From an uncultured Hyphomicrobiales bacterium (GTDB lineage Bacteria; Bacteroidota; Ignavibacteria; Kapaibacteriales; Kapaibacteriaceae), in NCBI GenBank assembly GCA_964620125.1, contig CAZUGQ010000007.1, forward strand, positions 29,795-93,794: a stretch of 64,000 nt of DNA, read 5' to 3'. Under the pieces are notes generated by a model. The model saw only the letters and a list, made by a program, of their open reading frames with translations. It had not been told where the DNA came from and ran no database searches. The position numbers and the translations under genes are program-made. This document shows positions 41,215-49,411 of the stretch, one piece after another (position 1 is the stretch's first letter; every line of letters starts with the position of its first letter).

Positions 41215-42181
41215 TGACAGACCTATTGATGATTGTTCGAGGAAGAACGACAACGTACCAGATAACCAATGCTGCTGAGCCCACGATGATACCAGCATTG
41301 AGCAAGGGTGATAAACCGTAGAGACGAGTAACGAAGCTCTCGAGAACAGCGGCAAGGAACAACAGCGGAACCATACCCAACGCTACGAGCGTTGCCGTTC
41401 GGATGCCACGAATGAAGGCTTCTCTGCGTGGATAGGTGCCCGGATGAAGAACGGCATGAGTAACTCTGATGGCTGCCGCTCCTCCAACAACGATAGAGGA
41501 AAGTTCGAGCGTGCCATGGATCCATATTCCCAGTGTAGCCGTTGCCAACTGATTGTACTGGGCAAAGAGACCATGGAAACAACCAACCATCACGGCATTC
41601 GGGATAAGAAGGTATGCCGCACCAACCACTGGTATCAAGCCGAGACCAACAGATCGAAGAAGGATCATGATATTGTTCAATGCAATGTAGAACAACATCT
41701 CCACGGGATCGGTCCTGCCATACACAGCCAGGGTTTCACCAGACTTGATGTTGGCAATGGTCATGTCTACGTAGAAGTCACCGAGTATGCTTCGAGCCAG
41801 ATCCTCGTTCTGACTGCCAGCAACGAAACCAAGGGTGCATCCAAGTACAAAAACGACTGTAGAGATCAGCAGGTGAGGCCGCACCTCGTACATAGCCTTG
41901 GGAACTTCGTAAAAGCATACCTGCCGCAAGCGGTGCTGCCGCAGCCTTTGGTTCCGGGAGATGGCCTCGTGCACCTTTCTGGACATTGCATTTAAGTACA
42001 ACAACGTTTGTGAACCGGGGAACTGTGCACGGGCAAAGGCAAGGTCGTCCATAAGCTGTACATAGGCTCCGGCCATCTCTTGAGCGTTGCATGCATCCGG
42101 CTTGTTTACAATCTCCTCGAATGCCTTCCATCGCTCTTGATTTTTTCTAATGAACGTCACTTCTCGCATTATTGCTCCCAA
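41189..42181 (-). CDS. SpoIIM-like (stage II sporulation protein M family) membrane protein
   Basis: N-terminal cytoplasmic helix-rich region, then about 5 TM helices. Assigned by its synteny with the RDD, DUF4129, DUF4350, MoxR and DUF58 genes. Confidence 0.5.
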   Translation of the reverse strand: MGAIMREVTFIRKNQERWKAFEEIVNKPDACNAQEMAGAYVQLMDDLAFARAQFPGSQTLLYLNAMSRKVHEAISRNQRLRQHRLRQVCFYEVPKAMYEVRPHLLISTVVFVLGCTLGFVAGSQNEDLARSILGDFYVDMTIANIKSGETLAVYGRTDPVEMLFYIALNNIMILLRSVGLGLIPVVGAAYLLIPNAVMVGCFHGLFAQYNQLATATLGIWIHGTLELSSIVVGGAAAIRVTHAVLHPGTYPRREAFIRGIRTATLVALGMVPLLFLAAVLESFVTRLYGLSPLLNAGIIVGSAALVIWYVVVLPRTIINRSVNGDRRVSA

Positions 42182-42236
42182 GGCAAATGTACTCTGTGAC
42201 TCTCACGCTAACTTGGTACAATCTTTGGAATACAAC

Positions 42237-42962
42237 ATGTCAACTCTCGGTATCACCACAACGCAGAATGTTGTTATCGAAGTCGAATCGGCTTCAGTTC
42301 TTCACCGTGCTGGCGCGTGGGCAGTCGATGGGTTTATCCTAATTGTCGGATTGATTTTCTTGTCCTTCGTTGTTTATGCTACCAACAACGTTGTGTCCGA
42401 CGATTTCTATCCCTGGGCCTTCTATCTCCTCCTGTGGATTTTTTATCCCTTGCTCTTTGAATCGATGATGGAGGGACAAACACCCGGAAAACGCCTCATG
42501 GGAATTAAGGTGACGATGCTTGATGGATCCAGGCCAACCTTTGGGGCATACTTCATGCGGTGGCTGATTGGACTGTTCGAGATTGGCTTCACGACGGGTG
42601 CTCTTGCCTTCCTTGTTGTGCTGTTCAGTAAGTACAGTCAGCGATTGGGCGACATGGCCGCGGGAACAACGGTAGTGCGAGTAAAACCTGCCGTTTCATT
42701 GTCAACGCTCATGATGGAAGTGGATGTGGACCGTACCAAAGCCCCCTATCCAGAAGCCATGAATCTCACTGACACGGAGGTGCAGGTTTTACGAGATGTT
42801 CTACTGGCACGGCAGCGAGGGATGTCGTCGCAACGAGCTATGGAACTGTTGTACGATGCGGTAGGCATCGTGGAACGTAAGCTCGGAGTGAAGAACTCGA
42901 CCCTACCGGAGAGCTTTCTGGCCGAAGTGATACGTTCTTACGGCATCATGCACGCGCGGTAA
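42237..42962 (+). CDS. RDD-family membrane protein
   Basis: HRAGAWAVDGFILIVGLIFLSF...GQTPGKRLMGIKV...RLGDMAAGTTVV is the RDD motif pattern. Transcribed divergently from the SpoIIM-like gene. Confidence 0.75.
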   Translation: MSTLGITTTQNVVIEVESASVLHRAGAWAVDGFILIVGLIFLSFVVYATNNVVSDDFYPWAFYLLLWIFYPLLFESMMEGQTPGKRLMGIKVTMLDGSRPTFGAYFMRWLIGLFEIGFTTGALAFLVVLFSKYSQRLGDMAAGTTVVRVKPAVSLSTLMMEVDVDRTKAPYPEAMNLTDTEVQVLRDVLLARQRGMSSQRAMELLYDAVGIVERKLGVKNSTLPESFLAEVIRSYGIMHAR

Positions 42963-42973
42963 CCTGCACTTGG

Positions 42974-45346
42974 CTACAAGCGGTACAATAAGCCAAGGTT
43001 GATACCGAATGACTGGAGAGTCCAGTTTACGTCACTAGCCATGGATCCGAATCTCTTTGTGTAGAGAGTCTCCATAAATGCCGATGCTCGGAACGAGATT
43101 GGATAGCTGAATCCAATTCCACCGAGCAGTTCGAACCCAAGAGTGCTTAGGGTAGTGACTGATTGACTACCAACCGGTTGAGAGGTTCCGCCTCCAGGCA
43201 ATTCCCATCCTGTTGGTCGCAGTACTTCGCGTTGTGTTTCAGCAGAATTGCCCAGCGCTACCGCGATGTTAAGACCACCTGTGATGTAGAAGAAACGCTG
43301 CAAAAACCACTGCGCCATACCCCCAAAACGAAGGTATGAGTTTGTGAGAGCAACGGTTGTTGCTTCTTGATAGGGAATGAACTGGCCGCTGGTTAAATCG
43401 AACACCGTCCCGATTGTGGTGTCCGGTGAGATCAACTTTCCGCCAACGCCAGCAACGGACAGGCGTGCCTGTAGGATTACGCTAGGAAGCACGCGCCTAC
43501 CTAACAGTAGGCCGAAGCCCCATCCCGGTCCTTCACTCTCGCCAAATTCGGCTTGACCTGATAGGTCGCCAATGGAGGTAAAGTCTGCTGTATGAACGTA
43601 GTTGGCAAGCGACCCATACGCACCAACGATCCACGTTTCTTCGCCTACGCATTGCACCAAGGGATCATCACTGAGAGAGAACACGTACCGTTCTATCCGG
43701 CTATCAAACACGTAGCATACAGCAAACTGTGATCGGTTTCCCGCCACGTCCAGTGCTTCAAGTACAAGGCGTCCGCTCTTACCGGACACTGCTGGTCGTA
43801 CACGAATGGAAACTTGTGGGGCACCTTGTTCGACCTTTGGGATGTCGGCTTCGAGTGAAACGGTGTTTACGATGTTCACTGCGGCAAGGCCACGATCCAT
43901 AACCCGGTCATCACGCAGCGTCACAACAAAATCGTCTCGTACGTTAGCGGCTTCAGCCATCGGTGGCACTGTATCGACCAATTTGTTCAGTTCCAGAAAA
44001 CTCTGGCCAGCCATGTTGCCATAGGCATCGTAGGCGTCACTCTTGAAGCCAAAGCCATACGAATACAAGCCAAACGGGACTTCGGATCGGATAACGTGGG
44101 TACCGTACGGTATCGGAACCTGAGCAATGGAATATCGGCTTTCACCCAGGACGGTAAAGAGTGTGGAGTCAACTCGACGGCCATTTAACCGAATCTGCCC
44201 AATGCTTTCTGTTGGAGCAACAACGTTGATGTAATGGTGCCAGTCTCCACTTATTGGCGTTGCAAATCGATACTCATTCAGAAACTGCTGAGTAGGACTT
44301 ACAAGAATCATCATTGGATCGCCTACACTATCGCCATTCTTAAAGCCTTGTGCAAACTGCGCCACAAGAACTGGCTTGTCGGCCGTGATCTGAACATGCT
44401 GCTGCGTGTTCAGACTCTCGTAGAATTCACCAGCGTTGAGAACAACGGCAAGTCGACTATTCTCAAACACTCGAGTATTGTTTTCTGAGGCAACAACGCG
44501 AAACGTATAACGTGAACGTTCCTTGAGCATGCCAACATAGTAATGCAATCCCCACGCCGAAACGGGAGGCAATTGTTCAATAAGGTGATTGCACGCCTCT
44601 ACTTTCGGTGGCACGTAGGCACAATTATGTCCGCTAAACACCGATATTTTTTTGTTGGCCACGATGCGAGTTCCTGTAAGGTCGCATTGCCCGATACTTT
44701 CCCATCTGGCTCCAATGCTGTAAACATCACCTTGGCGCAAACGAATCTTGAATGGCTTTCCCGCAGGGCGTCCTGTTGACGTTGTAGCTGTTGGTGTGAT
44801 TTCGACTTCCGTGTCGTTTTCCGTTGCAACAATTGATAGAGCAGAAAGCAGATCGCTGGCCAACTTGGTATACCCAATAGCTCGATACTCGCGGCCGATA
44901 ACAGAGATTGGAAGCCCTACGAAGGCGTCGGTGGTTTGGTATCGACTATTCAGTCCGTACACAGAAATCGCGGTATCGGCTGTAATGTGAACAGCCAGTC
45001 GTTCTGCTGTTTCCAAGGCACGGAGTTGGGCTCGTGCTGGAATCTGAACCGGTACAACGCTGTTTGCCCGCACTTCGATGGTGGACTTATAGCCAATCTC
45101 TTCAATTTCGATTTCTACTTTAGCATCGAAGCTACTTGTAATGAACAGTTGCAAACGCAGAGCTGCACCACGATTCTGAACGTCGGTTCCGGCTGATCGG
45201 AAGTTCTTCATGAAGCATAGCCAGAACTCCTTACCCTCAGAATTTTTGGTGATGTATTCTGGATCACGAGCACTTGTTAGGGATGTGAGGCTCACCATCA
45301 GCAGCAGACTCAACGGTACGAATGCCATGCGGGTGATCATGTTCAC
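42974..45346 (-). CDS. IgGFc-binding-like N-terminal domain protein with a C-terminal beta-barrel-like outer-membrane region
   Basis: Signal peptide. KEFWLCFMKNF and CAYVPPKVEACNHLIEQLPPVSAWG are paralogous to 26310..29324 and 49401..50714. The C-terminal about 250 aa are Gly- and aromatic-rich with alternating hydrophobic residues, ending ...FGINLGLLYRL. Confidence 0.6.
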   Translation of the reverse strand: MNMITRMAFVPLSLLLMVSLTSLTSARDPEYITKNSEGKEFWLCFMKNFRSAGTDVQNRGAALRLQLFITSSFDAKVEIEIEEIGYKSTIEVRANSVVPVQIPARAQLRALETAERLAVHITADTAISVYGLNSRYQTTDAFVGLPISVIGREYRAIGYTKLASDLLSALSIVATENDTEVEITPTATTSTGRPAGKPFKIRLRQGDVYSIGARWESIGQCDLTGTRIVANKKISVFSGHNCAYVPPKVEACNHLIEQLPPVSAWGLHYYVGMLKERSRYTFRVVASENNTRVFENSRLAVVLNAGEFYESLNTQQHVQITADKPVLVAQFAQGFKNGDSVGDPMMILVSPTQQFLNEYRFATPISGDWHHYINVVAPTESIGQIRLNGRRVDSTLFTVLGESRYSIAQVPIPYGTHVIRSEVPFGLYSYGFGFKSDAYDAYGNMAGQSFLELNKLVDTVPPMAEAANVRDDFVVTLRDDRVMDRGLAAVNIVNTVSLEADIPKVEQGAPQVSIRVRPAVSGKSGRLVLEALDVAGNRSQFAVCYVFDSRIERYVFSLSDDPLVQCVGEETWIVGAYGSLANYVHTADFTSIGDLSGQAEFGESEGPGWGFGLLLGRRVLPSVILQARLSVAGVGGKLISPDTTIGTVFDLTSGQFIPYQEATTVALTNSYLRFGGMAQWFLQRFFYITGGLNIAVALGNSAETQREVLRPTGWELPGGGTSQPVGSQSVTTLSTLGFELLGGIGFSYPISFRASAFMETLYTKRFGSMASDVNWTLQSFGINLGLLYRL

Positions 45347-46104
45347 TTAAGCACCATGAAAGGATGCAGGTAGGTGCCTGTTGACGTTTGCAGGGACATG
45401 AGGTAAGAACCCTGAGCCAATTCCCAGGAATTGGCTGCAAAGTCGTAGCTGTTTTCACCGGCACGACCCTGCATTTGTCCTAAATCCAGAATCGTGCGTC
45501 CCTGCATGGTACAAACGGAGAGGTGCACAGGCTGAGCCGACTCCAACATAAAAACGAACGTGCTCTGACTTGAAAACGGATTGGGATAGTTGCCCGTAAA
45601 CCCCTCTGCGGGTGTTGGTATCGCAGGGCTTCCGTCGGCGGTAATGAGACCACTTTGGAATTCGACTGTAGGAACAGGAGTCTTCTCTCTGTCCATCCTG
45701 ATTGGCTGCAAATAGCCGCTGGTGCCCGGTCCATTCAGAAACTCCATCACAAGCATACACACCAATCCATTGGTTGTTGGCTGCACATCCCAACACTCTA
45801 CCGTTAGGCGGCCTCTGGTGCCATCAACAATTGTGTCGGCTCCCACATAAGCCTGAGGACATCGGAATGATGCGTTTGGTCCACCGGTACACCGAACGAA
45901 ACGAATCACATTGGCCGGGTAATCGAACACAAGACGAAGGTGTCCCAGACTGGAGATTGTGCCGGTAACAGGAATCTCCACTATTGACTGCCGTGCGCCC
46001 GACGTAGAGCTTGGCACACTGATCCGCTCCTGAGAATGCGCGGGGTGAACCGCCAGAAGCAGTGAGAGGAGAAGCAGACGTAGGTACGTGGTAACGAGCT
46101 GCAT
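45343..46104 (-). CDS. small secreted protein with a T9SS C-terminal sorting domain
   Basis: Signal peptide. The C-terminus NYPNPFSSQSTFVFMLESAQPVHLSVCTMQGRTILDLGQ...GSYLMSLQTSTGTYLHPFMVLK is a classic Por_Secre_tail. ATGA overlap with the downstream gene. Confidence 0.7.
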   Translation of the reverse strand: MQLVTTYLRLLLLSLLLAVHPAHSQERISVPSSTSGARQSIVEIPVTGTISSLGHLRLVFDYPANVIRFVRCTGGPNASFRCPQAYVGADTIVDGTRGRLTVECWDVQPTTNGLVCMLVMEFLNGPGTSGYLQPIRMDREKTPVPTVEFQSGLITADGSPAIPTPAEGFTGNYPNPFSSQSTFVFMLESAQPVHLSVCTMQGRTILDLGQMQGRAGENSYDFAANSWELAQGSYLMSLQTSTGTYLHPFMVLK

Positions 46105-46133
46105 GAATCCTTCGAAGATACGGCGGTAGCCAA

Positions 46134-48128
46134 CTAGAACTCTTGGAGTGAAATCACCTCGTATCCGCTCTCTTTGCGTCCAACAACGATGAGTGAATAG
46201 CTATTACCAAGAGGTCCCAGCACGATGGGAAGTGTGTAAACAAGCTTGCGCTGAGTTGCATCGTACACATACATAGATCCTCTGCGGTCACGTTGAAGCA
46301 CGTGTATGGGAGATGCCGTCGCAAAGGCTACGTCGCGTGCGACTACTTCCGAGCTGTCGGGATGTTGTGCATACACAGTATCATACGTCACAGAAACCAG
46401 CGGGAGGTCGAATGTGGCATTAATCACACGTCTATCACTCTGGCCAGGTATCTGGCGAAGAGGGTCGGAGGTAATGTTTACGATTATTTCTTGCGAACCT
46501 TGTTGCGTATAGATCAGCAAGGTTCGCTGACCTTGCAGCGATGCCGCCTGAATGGTAGCACCTGCCGCACTTACCACTGCTGATCCATAGGCAACGCTTG
46601 TGGTTAGAGAATTGCGGTAGAATACGTTACCATTTTCGACCACGGATGCAATCGTTGTATTAACAAAATCTGATGTTGGCGAGCCATTCACGAAGCGGAA
46701 CAGAGCAGCATCCGTCTGTTGTTGGATCGTTCCTGGCTGATCGCGTTCTGCGAGAAGATAGGTGACGGGCAAACCGTCTGGTGTTTCGCCTACAACGAGT
46801 AAGTACGCTTGATCGGGCTGAACCGTACCAACCGAAGCATGGAGGAGAGCCGTCGGGAGTACGGACGTTGTAACCGTGAGGGGCAAGGCGCCTGGCTCGA
46901 TCACTGTCGGATTGCTGATACTGCCATAGGTGAGATCTGCTGCTAACGTTGTACCCGAGCTAACAGATGTAGCACTCGAGGCATCGGTTCGAGCACCGGC
47001 GCTAATCGTTATCTGCCTATTGCGAGGTGCAGCATGAACAGTGCGGATAATTGCCTTTCCGGCAGTGTTGAATAGCACTGGAAGTGGTGGTACGATGATC
47101 ATTGCTTTTGTGTCGCTGCTAGTTGCAATCACTGTATACAAACCTCTCAGTGTGAGCGACGTGCTGTCAGTCGCCGTTCGGCCATCCTGAAACCGAAGCT
47201 CCACGACGTCGGCTTCTTCTTGTTCACACGTAGGAACCGAAGCATAGGCTGAGAGTACGAAAGGTTCGACGTTCGAGGCAACCACCTGCCCAGTTCGCGT
47301 CAAACTCAGTGTTACTGGTGAACCACTCAGGTTGCAAACACGCATGTTTGCATCACGCATGTTCACTGGAAGAAAAGGTCGGTCCGCTGCATTGGTAAAA
47401 TCCGACTCATTCAATAGCATGAATTCAACGTTAGAGTTCCCAGTTGTTCGATGGGCAATAATCGTGTAGGGCGTGTACTGGTCTAGCGTGCACTCAAAGG
47501 TGCCAATTGGAATGGTTTCTCCAAATTGAATCTGCTGAATGCTGAACACCGCAGTACCAGGATTCACTTCTTGGTAGAGTGAAACGCTGCGGTATGATAG
47601 CGGTGTTGCTGTCAGTGGTTTACCATTAGGACACCCTAGGCGTACCTCGAACTGCACCGTTGTATCGGGGAACATGTTTGCCACGCGAACCTGTGCAACG
47701 GGTAGGGTTGTGAGCGAGCGGTTCGCGTTGATAACAACGATCGTATCAAACCTATCCTGGTTGTTTGGTAGCCCGGTGGTAAAAACATCATACACACTTT
47801 GTTGTGCGAATCGTACTCGGTCCGGAGTTGAAAACTCCGTGACTCCACCTGCCAAGATTTGCACGTAACTAGAATCAGCCGGTGCATTCACCGTAGCACT
47901 CATTCTACTAGCGGGCACTACTTCAGTCTGGTAACCAAGTTCCAGGACCATGCGCCTATCGGTGCCATCAGGTACCAAGTTGAGCATTCTAACAACGATT
48001 CTGGCCGAACCCGGTGGTGGATTCACGATGTTAGGATCCTCACTTGCACAGCCGCCAGCCAAGCAGATCATGACAGCAAGAGCGGTTGAAAGTGGGCTTC
48101 GGTACAAGTGTTGCGATTGAGTAGTCAT
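46134..48128 (-). CDS. large hypothetical lipoprotein, first gene of a three-gene surface-protein operon
   Basis: Lipobox LAGGCAS. 664 aa, beta-rich, Thr/Ser/Val-rich. The start codon lies 5 bp from the tandem repeat array. Confidence 0.55.
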   Translation of the reverse strand: MTTQSQHLYRSPLSTALAVMICLAGGCASEDPNIVNPPPGSARIVVRMLNLVPDGTDRRMVLELGYQTEVVPASRMSATVNAPADSSYVQILAGGVTEFSTPDRVRFAQQSVYDVFTTGLPNNQDRFDTIVVINANRSLTTLPVAQVRVANMFPDTTVQFEVRLGCPNGKPLTATPLSYRSVSLYQEVNPGTAVFSIQQIQFGETIPIGTFECTLDQYTPYTIIAHRTTGNSNVEFMLLNESDFTNAADRPFLPVNMRDANMRVCNLSGSPVTLSLTRTGQVVASNVEPFVLSAYASVPTCEQEEADVVELRFQDGRTATDSTSLTLRGLYTVIATSSDTKAMIIVPPLPVLFNTAGKAIIRTVHAAPRNRQITISAGARTDASSATSVSSGTTLAADLTYGSISNPTVIEPGALPLTVTTSVLPTALLHASVGTVQPDQAYLLVVGETPDGLPVTYLLAERDQPGTIQQQTDAALFRFVNGSPTSDFVNTTIASVVENGNVFYRNSLTTSVAYGSAVVSAAGATIQAASLQGQRTLLIYTQQGSQEIIVNITSDPLRQIPGQSDRRVINATFDLPLVSVTYDTVYAQHPDSSEVVARDVAFATASPIHVLQRDRRGSMYVYDATQRKLVYTLPIVLGPLGNSYSLIVVGRKESGYEVISLQEF

Positions 48129-48133
48129 GGTTT

Positions 48134-48283
48134 GCTATGAACCCGGCACCTATGAACCCGGCACCTATGTTCCCGGCACCTATGTTCCCGGCACCTAAGA
48201 ACCCGGCACCTATGTTCCCGGCACCTATGTTCCCGGCACCTATGTACCCGGCACCTATGTTCCCGGTACATTCGTCCCCGGCA
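48134..48283. repeat. tandem array of about ten 15-bp repeats (consensus CTATGTTCCCGGCAC; minus-strand reading GTGCCGGGAACATAG)
   Basis: Read directly: nine near-perfect units plus one degenerate unit, with variants AA/TT/TA at two positions. It occupies the divergent intergenic region between the lipoprotein operon (-) and prfA (+). Confidence 0.9.
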
Positions 48284-48361
48284 ACGTATGGCAAGTTGCG
48301 ATATTTTTGCCCTTTCATCCCTGCCCAAGCCCCCTTAACCTTTAATGTTGCACACGTTAAC

Positions 48362-49411
48362 GTGGAAGAACGCCTTCAACACCTGCTTGATGAGTTTGCT
48401 GCTGCAGAGCAGGCCTTGAATGATCCCGATGTTGTTACTGATCAACAAAAACTGCGTGATGCATCACGTTTGTACAAGGCTCTGCTACCAGTTGCCGAGG
48501 CCGCTCGTGCATACCTGAAGCTCAACGAACGTTTGCAGGAAGCTCGGGCAATGGCTAATGATCCTGCGCTGGATCGAGAGTTGAGAGACCTTGCATACGA
48601 AGAACTTCATGCCCTTGAAGATCAAAAAGCTGCAGCCGAGGCCGAACTTCTCGTCCTGTTGGTTCCCAAAGATCCAAATGACCTGAAAGATTGCATCGTT
48701 GAAGTTCGAGCGGGTACGGGTGGTGATGAAGCTGCGTTGTTTGCGGGTGACCTGTATCGTATGTACGTACGATTCGCTGAACGGCAAGGATGGGCGGTGG
48801 ATGTAATAGACTTCACGGAAGGTGAGCGCGGTGGCTATAAAGAAATCATCTTCGCCCTAAGTGGAAACGAAGCCTATGGTATGATGAAGTATGAAAGCGG
48901 TGTTCATCGTGTGCAACGAGTACCTGAAACAGAAGCTCAAGGCCGTATCCACACAAGTGCTGCTACAGTAGCCGTGCTGCCAGAGGCAGAAGAAGTCGAC
49001 GTGCAGATAAACGAGAGTGATTTGCGAATCGACATCTTCAGGTCAGGTGGCAAGGGAGGCCAGAATGTGAACAAGGTAGAAACCGCCGTTCGCATTGTTC
49101 ATAACCCATCGGGCATTGTTGTGCAATGCCAGGACGAGAGATCGCAACTCAAGAATAAAGAGAAGGCCATGAAGGTGTTGCGCGCCCGCCTGTACGAAAT
49201 GGAATTGGAAAAGCAACAGTCAGCTGTTGCAGGTTCCCGCAAAGAAATGGTGAGAAGCGGCGACCGTTCCGAGAAGATTCGCACCTATAACTTTCCGCAG
49301 AACCGCGTTACAGACCACCGGCTTGAAGGGGAACACAAGAATCACCAGTTGGATCAAGTCATCAACGGAGACTTAGCTGATTTGATAGCTGCCCTGCGCG
49401 CTACCAACTAG
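48362..49411 (+). CDS. prfA: peptide chain release factor 1
   Basis: PKDPNDLKDCIVEVRAGTGGDEAALFAGDL...RVQRVPETEAQGRIHTSAATVAV...SGGKGGQNVNKVETAVRIVH carries the GGQ motif and the PxT-equivalent (PET). The start is set at the GTG giving MEERLQHLL. The ORF track extends it to 48137 through the repeat array. Confidence 0.88.
   Translation: MEERLQHLLDEFAAAEQALNDPDVVTDQQKLRDASRLYKALLPVAEAARAYLKLNERLQEARAMANDPALDRELRDLAYEELHALEDQKAAAEAELLVLLVPKDPNDLKDCIVEVRAGTGGDEAALFAGDLYRMYVRFAERQGWAVDVIDFTEGERGGYKEIIFALSGNEAYGMMKYESGVHRVQRVPETEAQGRIHTSAATVAVLPEAEEVDVQINESDLRIDIFRSGGKGGQNVNKVETAVRIVHNPSGIVVQCQDERSQLKNKEKAMKVLRARLYEMELEKQQSAVAGSRKEMVRSGDRSEKIRTYNFPQNRVTDHRLEGEHKNHQLDQVINGDLADLIAALRATN

Noticed and set aside
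48134-48283. CRISPR array
   Set aside because: The units are contiguous with no unique spacers, the period is only 15 bp, and no cas genes are present.
48281-48310. Small hairpin GCAAC-N9-GTTGC followed by TTTTTG just after the repeat array
   Set aside because: The stem is only 5 bp. It may contribute to the prfA promoter region, but it is too weak to call a terminator.
48040-48328. Minus-strand ORFs 48040..48318 and 48125..48328 encoding GAGNIGAG / HRCREHRC repeats
   Set aside because: These are translation artefacts of the 15-bp tandem array. They overlap the N-terminus of the real lipoprotein gene out of frame.
48137-48361. N-terminal (M-F/N-P-A-P)x10 extension of RF1 suggested by the ORF track (48137..49411)
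   Set aside because: The conserved RF1 N-terminus (EERLQHLL...) begins at a GTG at 48362. The upstream part is a perfect DNA tandem repeat, and the reverse frames also give repeat 'proteins' (GAGNI..., HRCRE...). It is most likely non-coding. I kept it as a caveat in the findings.
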